The notes beneath the pieces are model-generated. The model saw only the letters and a program-made list of their open reading frames with translations, made no database searches and was not told where the DNA came from. This document shows positions 50,899 through 64,000 of a DNA stretch of 64,000 nt, piece by piece. A program made the position numbers and the translations under genes. This DNA is from Spongospora subterranea f. sp. subterranea (lineage: Eukaryota), in the NCBI GenBank assembly GCA_049724395.1, contig JAUGWO010000069.1, positions 1-64,000 of the forward strand, written 5' to 3'. Each line of letters begins with the position of its first letter. Positions within the stretch are counted from its first letter, which is position 1.

Positions 50899-52503
50899 CG
50901 ATTGAGAACCAAATCGACATTCATTCGGTCAAGGTCGCAACCTTAGCCGGTGCACAGTGGCGAACGACCACTGTGTGACTGCCATTTGCCTGTTGTGTGG
51001 CTGGCTTCAGACAAACGTTACAGTACCATGCCTGAGAACCACAAGTGTTCAAGGAAGGGTTGGAAACTGTTGGCAAAGTCCGGTAACGGTTAGCCGAACC
51101 GATAAGTTAACCGGTTGAAACAGTATCATTTACTCGTCGAATATTTTTAATGTTGTACAGTGACACCTGGCACGCAAGCTATTCCAAAATCGCGGATTCA
51201 TCATCACCGAGATGCTTTTTCGCTGAGGTTGGCCTCGGTCGCCACGAACAGTATCGCGAATACCTGGAAATGAAGATTAGTTATGGTCGCGAGCAAGTTG
51301 TCGGGCAAGCATTCATAAGGGAGAACCTAATTTTACCTCGTGTTTTGAACTCACAATGGGGAATTGTTTACCAAATCGACTGAAAATACGCGACGATGTG
51401 CCTCTATAGCCCCCATTATTTACGAACAGTTGCTCCGATTCTCTGAATCGTTGGTCGTGTACTGTGGCAGTACAAAACGACGTTAATCTCATGCTAATAC
51501 ATCAATCTACAGTTGAATTCTACATTTGACGCTTCTACGTAAGCATACCTACGCCATGCTCGTACTATGCATACATTTTATCATTCGACCGAAGAAATGT
51601 ATTGCTGAATTCCGACGGAACATTTGGATCTGTTTAGCTGTAATTGTTAACCATGAAACACGCCGTAAAATGCGCTTTCGCGTTTATCAAAGAAATTGAC
51701 GTGTTGGAAACCGTTATGTTGATCGACAGCCTGAGTATCGACTATGTACTTATTTGAGCGATGCTATGAGGCGACAGTAACATTTGAAACACCGAATGAG
51801 GACTATCTCCAAAATGCTGCATTGCTCAGAATCTCAGCGAATTATCGAGACCCGGCCCAATATTCGACAGAGAAATGCGCATTCGCAATTTGAGCAATGG
51901 TGCGCTAACAACGACTTCTCTGATGGTATCACGGTGTGACGCGGGAACACTTGCAATTTCATCTGGATTAGAAAATCTTTGACAATAATTCAAGGAGGAG
52001 ATCAAGGACGATAAAAACATTTGGCGTTGTTCACTGTCATGGTTATACGGCTGCGGTAGTCGGTCTCTGGCGTCGCAAACCGCTATGAAGATGGACTCCC
52101 ATCCGAATCCGCGTGGTTCGCACGTTGAACGTTTGCTGAAGAATGCTGACTAAAGTAGGCGTTTCTTGATGCAATGATCTTTCTCGTCTCTTAGACCCAT
52201 GCCTTTTTCGATGTCGACACCGCCTGTGCAGCCTTTCAATTTTCCCTCCTTGTACGGCGAAGCAGGGCCCAGTCCTCGCAGCCCAGACTCTCGCGCGCGA
52301 AAGACTGGGACTGTGGCCGGTCGACACTTCCAACAGCGTCGTCTTGCCATGATGTCGACCCAAGGACACACAATTGTGGACCCGTGGCGTTCACGGCAGC
52401 GTTATTCAGCAATTCTTACCTCTTATCACCTTCGGGAGCCCATTTTTAAAACGCCATGCGAGTATCAGAATAATCCTGATGGATTCCAGCGGTCCCGAAT
52501 AAA

Positions 52504-52915
52504 TTCTCTTCCTTGATCGGTCCGAAGCACTTAAACGGTTTGTCGAGATAGGCGTTCGAATATTCTGACAATCGGCATCGTGTGTCGTTCTGTTTCTGAC
52601 TTCTTTGGCTAGGTTCACAGTTGCCGCGAATCCTGAAAGCGTGATCGACCCATATGACCAACTATCATTAAGGTCGTGAATTCCGATCGGAAACGATTGC
52701 AAATCGGCGCCGCTCACTTAAGCTGGTCGTATGTTTATTCCGGGTACGTTTCTGTTGGCGCCGGTGATGTTTTCAGATTCGCTTAGATGCAAATCCTATA
52801 TTTACACTTAGTCGCACGGAAGTCAGAAACAGAACGACGGCACACGATGCCGATTATCAGAAGATTCCTATCTGGACAAATCGTTTAAGTGTTTCGGACC
52901 GATCAAGGAGGAGAA
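52504..52915. repeat. ~100-bp inverted repeat (52504-52603 vs 52819-52915)
   Basis: gaagtcagaaacagaacgac..cacacgatgccgatt..cggaccgatcaagga.gagaa occurs on both strands with small indels. Confidence 0.9.
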
Positions 52916-54746
52916 GATTCGCAGGCCATCGACTATCCGGTGACGGTTCATCCTTGACAATACTGAGTCGCGCAGTCGCTCTCGCGTGACCTCCACGGAG
53001 ATTTCAGTACCGTACTTGGTTTGGCGGAAACCAACTGCTGGCAGGCTGGCAGCTGCTGCCTGTGCAAGTCCACATAAAACAACCCTCGTCGAAATGATCC
53101 GATCAACAGGACCTTACCACCCTGATGAACATTCTTGGATGATCTAGCGGTCTCCTGGTGCACCGCGCCAGCTCCGCCCTGATCGCGAATAAATTCGCGA
53201 CCGCATCGGGGGCACCCCCGACTGTGATCGTGACATAGCTCCCCGACGCCGTATGCAGCACACTCTCTCCGCGTCCGCGCTTTCATGCGACCTCCACAAA
53301 CTCCACCAATCGTTGGGCCGGTTGTTTACAAGATGAGCGGTGACTTCACTTGGTAGTGAACCTTTGGTAAGACTGTTCGGATGCACTAGCTGGAGGATCA
53401 GCATTCTTGGAGTTGGAAGAAGATGGATTCAAACCTGACGAGGAAAGGTTTTCAATCGCCGGAGGACAGTACAATTCGGAACGCATTGCTGATCACGCTG
53501 TGAAGATCTGATTTTTGTTTGGAAATCAAATCATGATCCCATCCTGTACGCTCTCAACGATCTCGGGGCTCAAAAAATCGATTGTTGCAGGATTATGGAT
53601 GGGTTTCGTATTGCTGACTTGTACTTGGATAATGGATACTGGAAGGTTGCAAGGGACCGTTGCTTGGGGGCAGTTTATCAGAACCCCGCATCAAGATTGA
53701 GAAAACTGGAAGAGCAAGTCTCACGAGCATGTAAGACATCTCGCATGCATCAGCGAGAAGGTATTATATATATATATGTGAATGTCAGCAATAGATCAAG
53801 AATTATGCCCAGGCTTCCCAACGACAATGTTTCGGAACTCAAATCCTGCACCCCCGTATAAGACAAAAGGGTCAAGTTTCGCCCGAGCATCACTCTTAAA
53901 TTCGGAGAAGAAACGAGCACAATGTAAACCTCAAGTTGAAAGTATATATGTCGCCGATATCGTGAACGAACGTACGAAACACGTTGCTCGATTAATTCAG
54001 CGGTTTCGAAAGCAGGCCTTATCACAGTCAGCGGGTCTGGCCCGGCTGCGGGAAACCATTCTTGATGGGCACCAGTATTTGGCCTCTAATCTGAAATCCA
54101 TAAATACATGAATTGAATTCGGAGTAAGAACAAAATGTGTGGGGTGACACAACTGTTCTCATCCATGAAATTGTGGACCACGACATCAATGTTGTTCTGG
54201 GCAGGAACACGGCGACAGACGAAGATCAGAGACACGTTGTTGAAATCTTAGGCAAGCAAGCCAAAAGCATAGTTTTTCCGCACACATACGATATTCCTGG
54301 ACATGTCGCCATCCAAATACCCATGAAAAGCCGATGCGCTCTACCTAACTTGGGAACACATGATCGTACGTCAAGACGGACAGAAGCTGAACTCCAACAC
54401 ATGGCGATCATGTTGGGATTGGTTCCAGTGTATCGTAATGGGGATTGGCCTCCATCATCGACTTGCACAACGGGCGACGAGTTCCGAGAGGCTCCGTCCG
54501 ATGTCGTCCGGTCTAACCGCGATTGCTAAAGTTGTGTCTGATCCGTAGGAGTTAGTTAGTTAGTACACATGTGTATGGCAGTGGCCGTGATCTATTGCCT
54601 TCGCGATCCAAGAGACGCAAATCGGTGCCGCTCCCATCTCTAACTGCACCTGATTTCGTGCTGGACCTGGAGTTGCTGGGGCCACAGGAACCCGTCGCAA
54701 ATATATTCAAGGGTGGTCGATCAAGGATTCTACGCGCCTGGGCAGG

Positions 54747-57700
54747 ATGTGGCCGTTATCCTGGAGCCGTAAGCCTCGAGAGAAGTTTTCACTAGAAAGC
54801 TTGAGGTATATGTGCTGTCTAACCATTCATCGTTCCAAGCGGTGACGCGGCCTCGGAATGCACAGATATCTATATGAAGATTTGCTAATGCATCCTGTAA
54901 TCGACGATAGCAACAAAGACGTCGTTGTTGAAACATTACGGTCAATCGCTGAAGTAATGATCTGGGGGTGATCAGCATAACGACCTTGTTTTCTAGTACG
55001 TCATACTTCGCATTTTGCAGAATTTTTCGATTTTTCGAAAGGTTGCCGAAGTTATCTTTCGAAACCCACTGAATTGTAGTTACCATGATTTTCTCATTTT
55101 GATTTTAGTTTCTTTTGTGAAAAAAACATCCTCTCTCAAGTCCTTCGAATCTTGGCGCAAAAGTTGGACCGCCAGATTACTGTTCAAATCCTGCAAACGC
55201 TGTCGATCATGATTCAAAATTTCACAAGGGAGACGTCCATGTATTATTTACTTTCGAATAACCATATTAATGCATTAATTATGCATTCTTTTGATTTCGG
55301 CGATGAAGAAGTGATTGCCTATTACATTTCTTTTTTAAAGACTCTCTCTTTGAAATTGAATAGTAGCACCCTCCAATTTTTCTTCAATCAAGCTGAAGGT
55401 CAATTTCCTCTGTATTCTCAGTCAATACAGGTTAGAATGCGGAATTAGAAGTTTTGTCTTCGTCTCATTCCTGTCTTAGTTCTTTCACCATCCGGAAGCT
55501 ATGGTCAGAATTGCAGTTCGCACTATAACGCTTAATGTCTATCAGGTTGATATTGGCTCCCAGTGACAGTTCATTTTCATTTTTACTAAGGGTTTAGGTC
55601 GATGATCCTGAATTGCGCCAATTCCTGTTGGATAAAAGCGCCATTCCGTACTTTTCCAACCTGGTTTGGTTTGTTCGGGATCAAATCGTAGAAATTGATG
55701 GGTGCGTTGAATCAGCTGCATATTGACAGGATCGTCATAAATCGACTGTTCGTTTGTTTAGTGTTGTCAGATCGCAAGCTCAATTAAACTCGCAGACACA
55801 AAGTTATTTAACGCGGTTGATAGATGTCCAGATTGATCAGTTTCACTATATAATGGACATTTTGCGCCTAAATATATCCGCTTTGAGCAAAGTCCTGGAG
55901 GATCAGCTTTTGATGCATCTGATAATTCCCGTTTTGATTGGCAGTCTGGCGGCGGACAAGGCGCCTCTTGCCTCTCAGCAAGTCGTCAGCATAAAGGTGG
56001 CGCTCTTCGTACTGTTCCAAATAGTACTTGTGTTTACCGACAGGTGGGGCTTTAACCCAGTTATCTTCCTGTACCGTTTTTCTACTTTTGCAAATCGTGT
56101 TTTGATGCCGTCCATCTCAGTACTACTTTTGTATAACTTAGGTGCTTGATCAATAGTGTGGTGTCGTGCTTGCTTCATGATCCTCTACCAGAAATATGTT
56201 CACAGATTATTGGCTGTGCAACCGATGAGTTCCCAATGAGGAATGCGAGTACAGCGCTTACCAATTTACTTTATGAACAAGTGATTAACGGTAATGAGGA
56301 AACACCTTCTTGTTCTAGCAATTCAATGGACTCCAACGTCGTACGCTCCACATTACTGTCGTCATGCTCGGATCCCAACCTGGCTCCGTTTGCATTTGCA
56401 GTTCTTCTGGCCCTGCTACGTAATCCTGAAGTTGATAGTGCACTGCTAGTCAGAGTGCGATGCTGTCCACAGAAAACTCTCAAACGAAAAAAGTTGTTAA
56501 ACGCGTTGCTCTCCAACGAAACGACTATCAACGCAGCTGACGTGAGTTTCTTCTGTATTTTTTGATATATTTCTGTTTGTCCATTGCTTGATTATCAGCT
56601 GAAACGCCGATTGCTGAGCGAGCGTCGTATAGGTGCAACCGGAAATTCATAACGACGAAACCGAACCTAGGTCAGATTCCCGGATGCGATATTTATCGAC
56701 GCTGCTCGAATCGCAGCAAAGCCAATCGCGACTAGATGTTGTGGAATACCCTGTGGATGTTGTTGATGCTGTTCTTACGTCGCTGGTTCCCACCGCATCT
56801 TTTGTAAGCATTCCATTCACATTACGTAGCGAAATCTATGATTTTATCTATATCTGGGTTTCAGATTTTTTGTGTTTATTGTTGTTTTTCCTAGGATACA
56901 TTGGACCTGGCAATGCAGCTTTTGATGGAGTTGGTCCATGTTGAACGCGGTGGACTCAACGGCGCCCATATGAGGAGTTTAGTCACAATTTTTAACAGCA
57001 CCGTAGACCTCATTTTTGCATCGGATGCATATAGAGAGTTCACAATTGGTAAACGAGTTACATTTACTCCATCATTGATAGAACTAGTATTGCTCTATTT
57101 CGTGCAATCTTGTCCTATGTGTTTTTATTCGCTGATCGGAATTGTTTTCGCGTCCAATGTTCTAATTTGTAACGTGTTGTACAGACACTGACGAAGACAC
57201 ATCTTCAATTGGCCATGCCGGCAATACGTTTATCGACGCATTTGAAACCGCTTGGTCACATGGTTCTTCAGCTAACGACTTGCTATCCATACTTGCTGAG
57301 CCATCGTCCCTACTGGGTCGAAGTTGTGAGGCTGGTCCAATAGTGGAGCCTGCGATTTCATCCGATCTTAGGCTCTTTGTTACGTTGAGGAAACTTTTAT
57401 CTAGTTTGCCACAAATCAAACCAGTAGGTCCACAGTGCTACACTTCAACCGGCGATATCAACATTGGTTATGTAGGCGTCGCTGGAGGCAATTTTTTTCC
57501 AACCGACTGTGTCTGTCAGGACTCGAATTACTCCAGAACAAGCACCGGTAATGTGTACCTTATACGATGTCGTCGATGGGCCCGCACGACGACTTGAGCG
57601 TGCAGTGCGTGTTGGCGTTTTAATTTTGGAAAGCGCCCTGATAGTTGTGCAAGGGCCCAGTCACTCTGTCCAAGTGTCTCTGCCGTTCTACAAAGTTGAC

Positions 57701-57946
57701 GTGGCGATCGACGCGCACGATCCATGCATTGTCGAACTGGAATCGAGAGTCTCCACGCCCCCATACCCACAATGTCGCAGAAATGGAGTGTCACCCTGGC
57801 TAATGACCCTGCGGTTCGATACGCCGAATGATGCCCAGCGTGCTTTTGTTTGGCTTGTCGAGGGTCGTTCACAGTCCCGCTACAGGCTACGACAGCGCGT
57901 CGACCAATATCTACATTATATTGACAATATTAATCTACAAGAATAA
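54747..57946 (+). CDS. CLEC16A: CLEC16A / TT9 / GOP-1 family (FPL domain) protein
   Basis: MWPLSWSRKPREKFSLESLRYL, LRSIAEVMIWGDQH, YYLLSNNHINALI, YYISFLKTLSLKLN, FPLY. Multi-exon. Confidence 0.92.
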
Positions 57947-58168
57947 ACCACATATATCATTATTAAGTAAATATATGATAGGGTCTTTTGCCAATGCGCC
58001 TCAATTTTTTGATGATTGACGGAAACATGTCGTGCCATTATTGGAAATATATCATAGCCAATAAGTGTGGCGAAATCACTTTGGGTTGCTAGTTGCTACT
58101 GTCACAGTCACACAACCCGGAAGGGAGTAGCGCCTGGCGATTGCTTGCCATTTGGTCAAGTCCCCGAC

Positions 58169-61100
58169 ATGTATGGAAGATCGATCGTCGGCGATAATGA
58201 TGACGACACTGACCTGTATTCTGGATTCGGCGGTGGCGGTTCCACGCATCTGTACGAGGAAAACCAACACGCTTGGCGATAAACGTTACGCTGGAAACTT
58301 GAGATTTGGAACGGCTCAACAAGGCGATGTAAAACGTGATTGCATTGACTGTGATTTCTGTGATATTGCACAAAAACACACATTTCGACTCGGTTTTCTG
58401 ATATTGAATTGTGGCTTTGTTGTAGAGTATTTTTCCATTAATATCAGTGTTCTATGTGCAGGATATGAGGCCAATGACGTCTGTGAAAGGAGCAGGATAC
58501 CGGAGCAATGGGACCATGCAGTTCGATCCGCTGGCACAAACCAAAGCGACCGCCACGGTGCTTAAACGTAAAATCGACAATGGGCCCGAATTCCTGGCAA
58601 AAGAAATGGATCGCGAAGTCAACCAATTTATTGTCAGTATCATTTAATGGCCCATATTTCGCTTTCACTTCATCATGATTAGTTGAGGTTTGTTTGTTCA
58701 CTTGCAAGTTGGCTTTTCTTCTCCTTTCCGGTGGCAATTATAACAAACAGAACACCTGTTATCCATTGTTTTGTTATCATTCAAGATAATTAGACGACAA
58801 ACAACGTCTGCTTTGACAAATACGCCTTGAGATATCTGCAGAAAGGACGAACGCGTTGTGATTCGTTGTTGGCATTGAACGCAGGTAGACAGTGCCACCG
58901 CCAAAGCTCAGGGCAACTATGTGGCCGCACTGGACAAGGCCAAAGAAGCCGTCAAGCGCGAGCGGCTGCTGGTTCGGCATTGCGAGCAGTACTCCCTGAC
59001 CGAGATGGTCAACGCCGATCTGGGATTCGCGGTCCAGTTCAATCTCGCCATCCAGTACACGGCCAACTCCATGATGACCGAGGCGCTCAACATCTACTCG
59101 GTCATGGTCAAATCCAAACAATACGCCAACGCAGGTAACGTGCCCAACGTCCACTCCCGCTCTGTAACGCAAATTTCGCACCATTTTTGAGGTTTAAAAT
59201 GGCAAAAAGGGATTAGATTTCCAGGAAACTGATAAACTTGGCTGATGGTTTTTGTGGTCTGGAATTTTAAGTCAACACTAACGACGATCATTATTCTGTT
59301 TGTCCATATGGGAATACAAATGCTGATTGTTTAGGGCGACTGCGAGTGAATATGGGCAACATTTATTTCCTGCAGAAGAAGTACCCGTCGGCTATAAAAA
59401 TGTATCGGATGGCCATGGACCTGGTTGGCGCCATCTCCAAGGACACACGATTCCAGATCATGCGCAATATCGGAATCGCGTTTATCCGCCTTGGACAGTT
59501 CCAAGACGCCATACATGCGTTCGAATCGGTCATGGATGGAGCCCCCGAGCCGCAATCTGGTCATAAGTTTAATGTGTGGCGATTCAGTTGATAATCGATA
59601 TTTTTTTGTAGGGTTCAATTTGATTGTGTGCTATTTCGCGTTGGGGGATCGCGACAAAATGAAAAAGGGGTTTCTGCAATTGATGCAGGTGACCGTTGAG
59701 GGCAATCCAGATACGGCAACGGCGCCGTCGGATGAGCTGTCCAAGTACAACAGCAGGCGACAGGCCGCCCACTCTCGATATCTGCTATGGGCCGCCAAGC
59801 TCATTGCCAACGTGATTGAGGACGGATTCGATAAAGGGTTTCAGTGGCTGGTGTCCAGTCTGAAGGCTCCAGATCCTGGTGCAGATCTAGCAGGTCATCA
59901 TGATGGTGAGAATTTTACACTTTCACTACTGTTGGGCCTTTTCTGAACCTAGATCAAGGTTCTGTTTGTGACATGGCTTTTGATCATTTTGCCAGCAATT
60001 TTCAATCGAAATAGCAATTGAAGATGTCGCATTGCTTCGGGTACTGAATTCGTGTAAAGGGGTCTCGACAGAGTACGGGCGCCTAGCAATGGAGCTGGAA
60101 CTATGCAAAGGAATTTGTTTCCTAAAACAGAGCGATTTTCCCAACGCCATGGCTGTGTTCCGATCTATCGGACGCCTGGAGCTTGATCTGCATGACCAGG
60201 CTGCTTGTAATCTCAGTTTTCTTTACTACCTTGAAGAGGATTACGTCCAAGCCAAAAAATACGCCGATCTCGCCATACAAGAAAACAGGTACTTTAACTG
60301 ACAAATCAGTTTTTCCAAACCCAGTCGTTGAGTTCGCCGTTCATGCTGCGAGGAACTAATTGTTTGAGTTTTGGTGTGGTTGTACAAACCGTCGATTAAC
60401 TGCTCATAAGGTATAACGCCAGCGCATTGGTAAATCGCGCCAATATATTTTTCATGGAGCGGGATTACGACAACGCACTAGAGATGTACCTGGAGGCGAT
60501 TGGAGTCGAAGCCGATTGTGTTCAGGCCGTCTATAATCTTGCACTAGTCTATAAGCAAGGTCATTGACTTTATCCTCAATTACAAATGTTAAACCGCTCA
60601 GCAAAACTGATATAATCTGTCATCAACTAGTTGGTAGATTGGAAGACTCCCTTGGAGCGTTTCGTAAACTTCACAGTTTGAGCCCAAAGAATCCAGAAAT
60701 TATCTATCAGATTGCTGATCTTTACGATCAACTCGAACTATATTCGGTAAGTTCGAAAACAAAAAAGGCCAAACTGGATTTGATACAACATGTCAGGAGA
60801 GTGGTGAATGGTTCAAGCTCCTTCTAGGAATAGTGCCCAACGACGGAAGCGCTCTGGCACGTCTGGGGAGAATCGCCTCGAAGTTGGATGATCAAACTCA
60901 GGCCTTTCATTGTTTCACAGAGGTGATTCCAGTTGTCAGCTGCATTCAATGGATCTATCTGATGTAGTTCCAGTCTTACCAATGTAATCCGACCAATATG
61001 GAGGTGATATCGTTGGCTTGGAGTATGGTACGTCAAGAGTGAGCTCTATGAGAGCGCGGTCGAGTTTTTCGAGAGAGCTGGAGAAATTGAGCAAAATGAG

Positions 61101-61814
61101 ATCAAATGGAAGGTATATTCATTCCCAATTATGTTTTGAAAATTACGCCATTTAGTGGTTTTCACAGCTAATGGTGGCAACTTGTTATCGCCGAATGGGG
61201 TCCGTTGACAAAGCTCTGCAGCTTTACAAGAAGATTCACGCCCAGGAGCCGGATAGTGTCGAATGCCTAAAGTCAGAAATATTATTGGATCGTATTGTAA
61301 CGGCTTTAGACTGATCAAAACCTGCCATGATTATTCAGATATCTGTGCTCGATTTATCACGACACACGGCAGGAAGCTCTGTTGGATGAGTATTCTAGGA
61401 AACTGAACAGACTCATTTCCAAAAATGACGGGAACGTAGTCAATACACCATCAGGTATCCTGCAACATAGTTTTTACAATTTTAACTCTTGGATTTATGA
61501 GTTTGTGTGGAAGTGTTGCACTTTTTTGTTGTCACAAACGGTTTGTCAACAAAAGCAAGAACTAAGTTCTATACTGACGTCAGTCTCTCATTTGATTAAC
61601 GAAAGATAGAAGAACTGATGATATTCATATAGTACCGAATAATACCAACTCACCAGAGGTTCCAACACAAACGGTGATACCACAGCAGTCAATTGGCGAT
61701 GGGCGTACGACGTCGCTGTCTGTATCTGATGGAGCGACTGTCAACAAACACAATTCTGGCGAAGAAGTCGATTTCGACGGTGTTGAGCTCGACGATGAAT
61801 TGCTACCGATGTAA
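58169..61814 (+). CDS. IFT88: Intraflagellar transport protein 88
   Basis: RPMTSVKGAGY, ALDKAKEAVKRER, GRLRVNMGNIYF..AIKMYRMAMD, TPR array, and C-terminal ELDDELLPM. Multi-exon. Confidence 0.96.
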
Positions 61815-62093
61815 GTTTTCAATATTGTCAAATACAGATAGAATTTTACAGATCGATAACAAAACAAGATTTCTGTGCGTGAGCTGCACAGTTTTCATCG
61901 CCTATTTGCCAGTTCTGAATTCTCATTTTCCCGACTCGAGCGTATCGTAAGACAACGGGTATGTTGCAATATGAAAAAATGCAGGACACAACATAAACGA
62001 GAATGATTGGAGATAATTATATTAAGACTGAAATCAGGATGGGCATGGTCAACAATACAGTACCATACTACTGGACAATAAAACGTAGATGTA

Positions 62094-63577
62094 TCAACCA
62101 AAAAGTTGCGTTAGCACTGAAAATATGAGTTTGCGTTAGTAAAGAAAACAGGAAACAGCGCAATAATCTTACTATATTGGCTAGAACATTCAACAACACC
62201 AATTCCACACCATTTTGTTCTGCTCAGCAGGTTCTTGCAATGACCCTACGATCGATGCACTTAATTGGATTCAAGTCAAGAATCTATGCTCCTACGGGAG
62301 AATTTATCCAGCCATCAACTGCAGCTTTTGCAGCATCAGGGCCGCCCACCCTGATAACAATTATAATAAAACTGAGACAGCAATTACGAACATGTCGAAC
62401 CTAGCAAGGTTTTCTGCAGCCATGTTAGATTTCATGGGATACATTGCCACTCTTTCTTTGAATCCGACGTGACTGAAAGCAACTTTTCCCGATGCCATAT
62501 CACGAGAGTGATCCGCACCAATATCTGCTAGATATTGATGCCACTTGAGCGGAGGAAGGTTACGAGTTGCACGAAACTCATTAGTATATTGCAATGCTCG
62601 CTCCCCAATTCCCTTTAGGATGTAATTGCTATTTGTTTCACGATCCCGTTGAGCATATCTACCTGAAAGATGATGTTAAACCAAAATAGCAAAGGAAAGG
62701 GATATGGACCACCTATTCTGGCAATTCGCAACTCCTCTTCTGCATCTGCTTGCGCGAAATCGGCAATAGTGCCCACGCGTTTTCTTCCTTTAGAATGAAT
62801 ATATGCTTGATGTTGCTTTTTCCTAATTTCTTTCATCTGTTTTGAGGCGGAAGAATTGACATTGATAATACCACGCCGGATGGTCCCAGTAAGACTCGGG
62901 GTGGATCCAGATTTCTTTAAAGCCATATTTCGCTCATGTACAGCAGCCATTTCTTCGCGGGATAGTTTTTGATTTTTTTTTTGCACAACAGGCTTTGCTG
63001 CTGCATTGGTTCCGCATTAACGCAAAAACTTGCAATTTGCAAGTAGAGACAAAAATCGTACCTTGAGAGCGAGGAACTGCAGGAGGTGCAACAGGTTGTT
63101 TCGGTCCAGATGATGAGGAACTTGAAGGTCTTGACGCAACCGTTGGGACTGATGTAGACAATGCATCATCCCGCACTCCAGTTATTTCTTCACGTTGTGA
63201 GCGTATTTCTTCAAGAACTTGACTGGCGTTGAGAGGGTCTGAATCAAATGGGAACCCCATCCATACGTCATCACTTGACTGCGAATCGCCAAGGTCGATA
63301 AACTCCCAGCCACAAGCTGAAAACTGTATAATGCTGGATTGGAAGCACCAAGCAGAATTGCATTACCTTCAAGTGTCTCAACAGCACTGTCGAATTTAGT
63401 CAATTTCTCAAAGAGCGCCGGATTCGATAATCGAATCTGGTGATGCTCCACGTTTGCCCCCGATGAATTCAACATTAAGCGCTCCAAGACCTTTAACGCG
63501 TTTAATGCATCAGCGCCCCCAGCTTCAGCACAAAGATGGCGCAGGCAGGCGCGCAAAGACGGCATCATGGACGCCAT
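62094..63577 (-). CDS. PUB domain + CAP/SCP domain fusion protein
   Basis: N-terminal ALKVLERLMLN..IRLSNPALFEKL (PUB-like). C-terminal YTNEFRATRNLPPL..HSRDMA..AENLA..GWINSPGHCKNLL..CGIGV..LTQLF (CAP). Several introns. Confidence 0.8.
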
Positions 63578-64000
63578 TCCAACCAATCGCGTGTTTCACC
63601 CTTCGAATGAGCCACGGAATATCGCTATTCAACAACCGATGATCGTCGACCCCGTCGAATGCGCTTGTTTTGAGAGTGATGACAGTACGGTAGTTCAACC
63701 GATGATGTATTGAGGAGTTTCATTATTGTTACGATTCGTCATCACCAGTGACGCCGTCATCAAAGAGACCGCTGAACCTGTACACACGTGATAGCCCAAT
63801 CAGTCGAAACGTGAAACTGATGATGCACCACTGTATTGAGGGCGATAGAGGCCGCTGGTGACAATCGTCATCTCCTGAAGGTGCTCGTCACTCTATTTCG
63901 ATGCAGCCGGACCAAACAGCGGGTGTCGCTCGTGTCCATATCGAGGGGCAGGGCGGGCGAATATGGCCGCGGGCACCCTGCCCTTCGCCGTCAGGGCTCC

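Overview
Eukaryotic genomic DNA with many short (about 50-60 bp) GT-AG introns, from a flagellated microbial eukaryote. A plasmodiophorid-like protist is my guess and is not proven. The first ~19 kb is a nest of transposons and repeats. It holds a MULE/SWIM transposase, a secreted tandem-domain effector candidate and a Foldback-like palindrome with 37-bp minisatellite arms. It also holds a Harbinger remnant, a 3.7-kb 19-bp CCCTAA-containing satellite, a truncated IS630/Tc1 transposase and an intron-containing Crypton-like tyrosine recombinase element. The satellite sits inside a second copy of that element's 5' end. The rest is compact and gene-rich: tRNA-Gly, cation/H+ antiporter, RRM protein, CEP131, ATAT1, G-alpha, JTB-like, a non-autonomous Harbinger, HRD1, a membrane PDE, GTP-PEPCK, SAXO-like, PPR, LRR, SDR, CLEC16A, IFT88 and a PUB-CAP fusion. 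Two signals stand out. One is the recombinase element with palindromic candidate recombination sites and a satellite inserted at its hairpin. The other is four separate short-spacer inverted duplications, all in mobile or degenerate DNA. Intron boundaries and family calls were read by eye and no database search was run.
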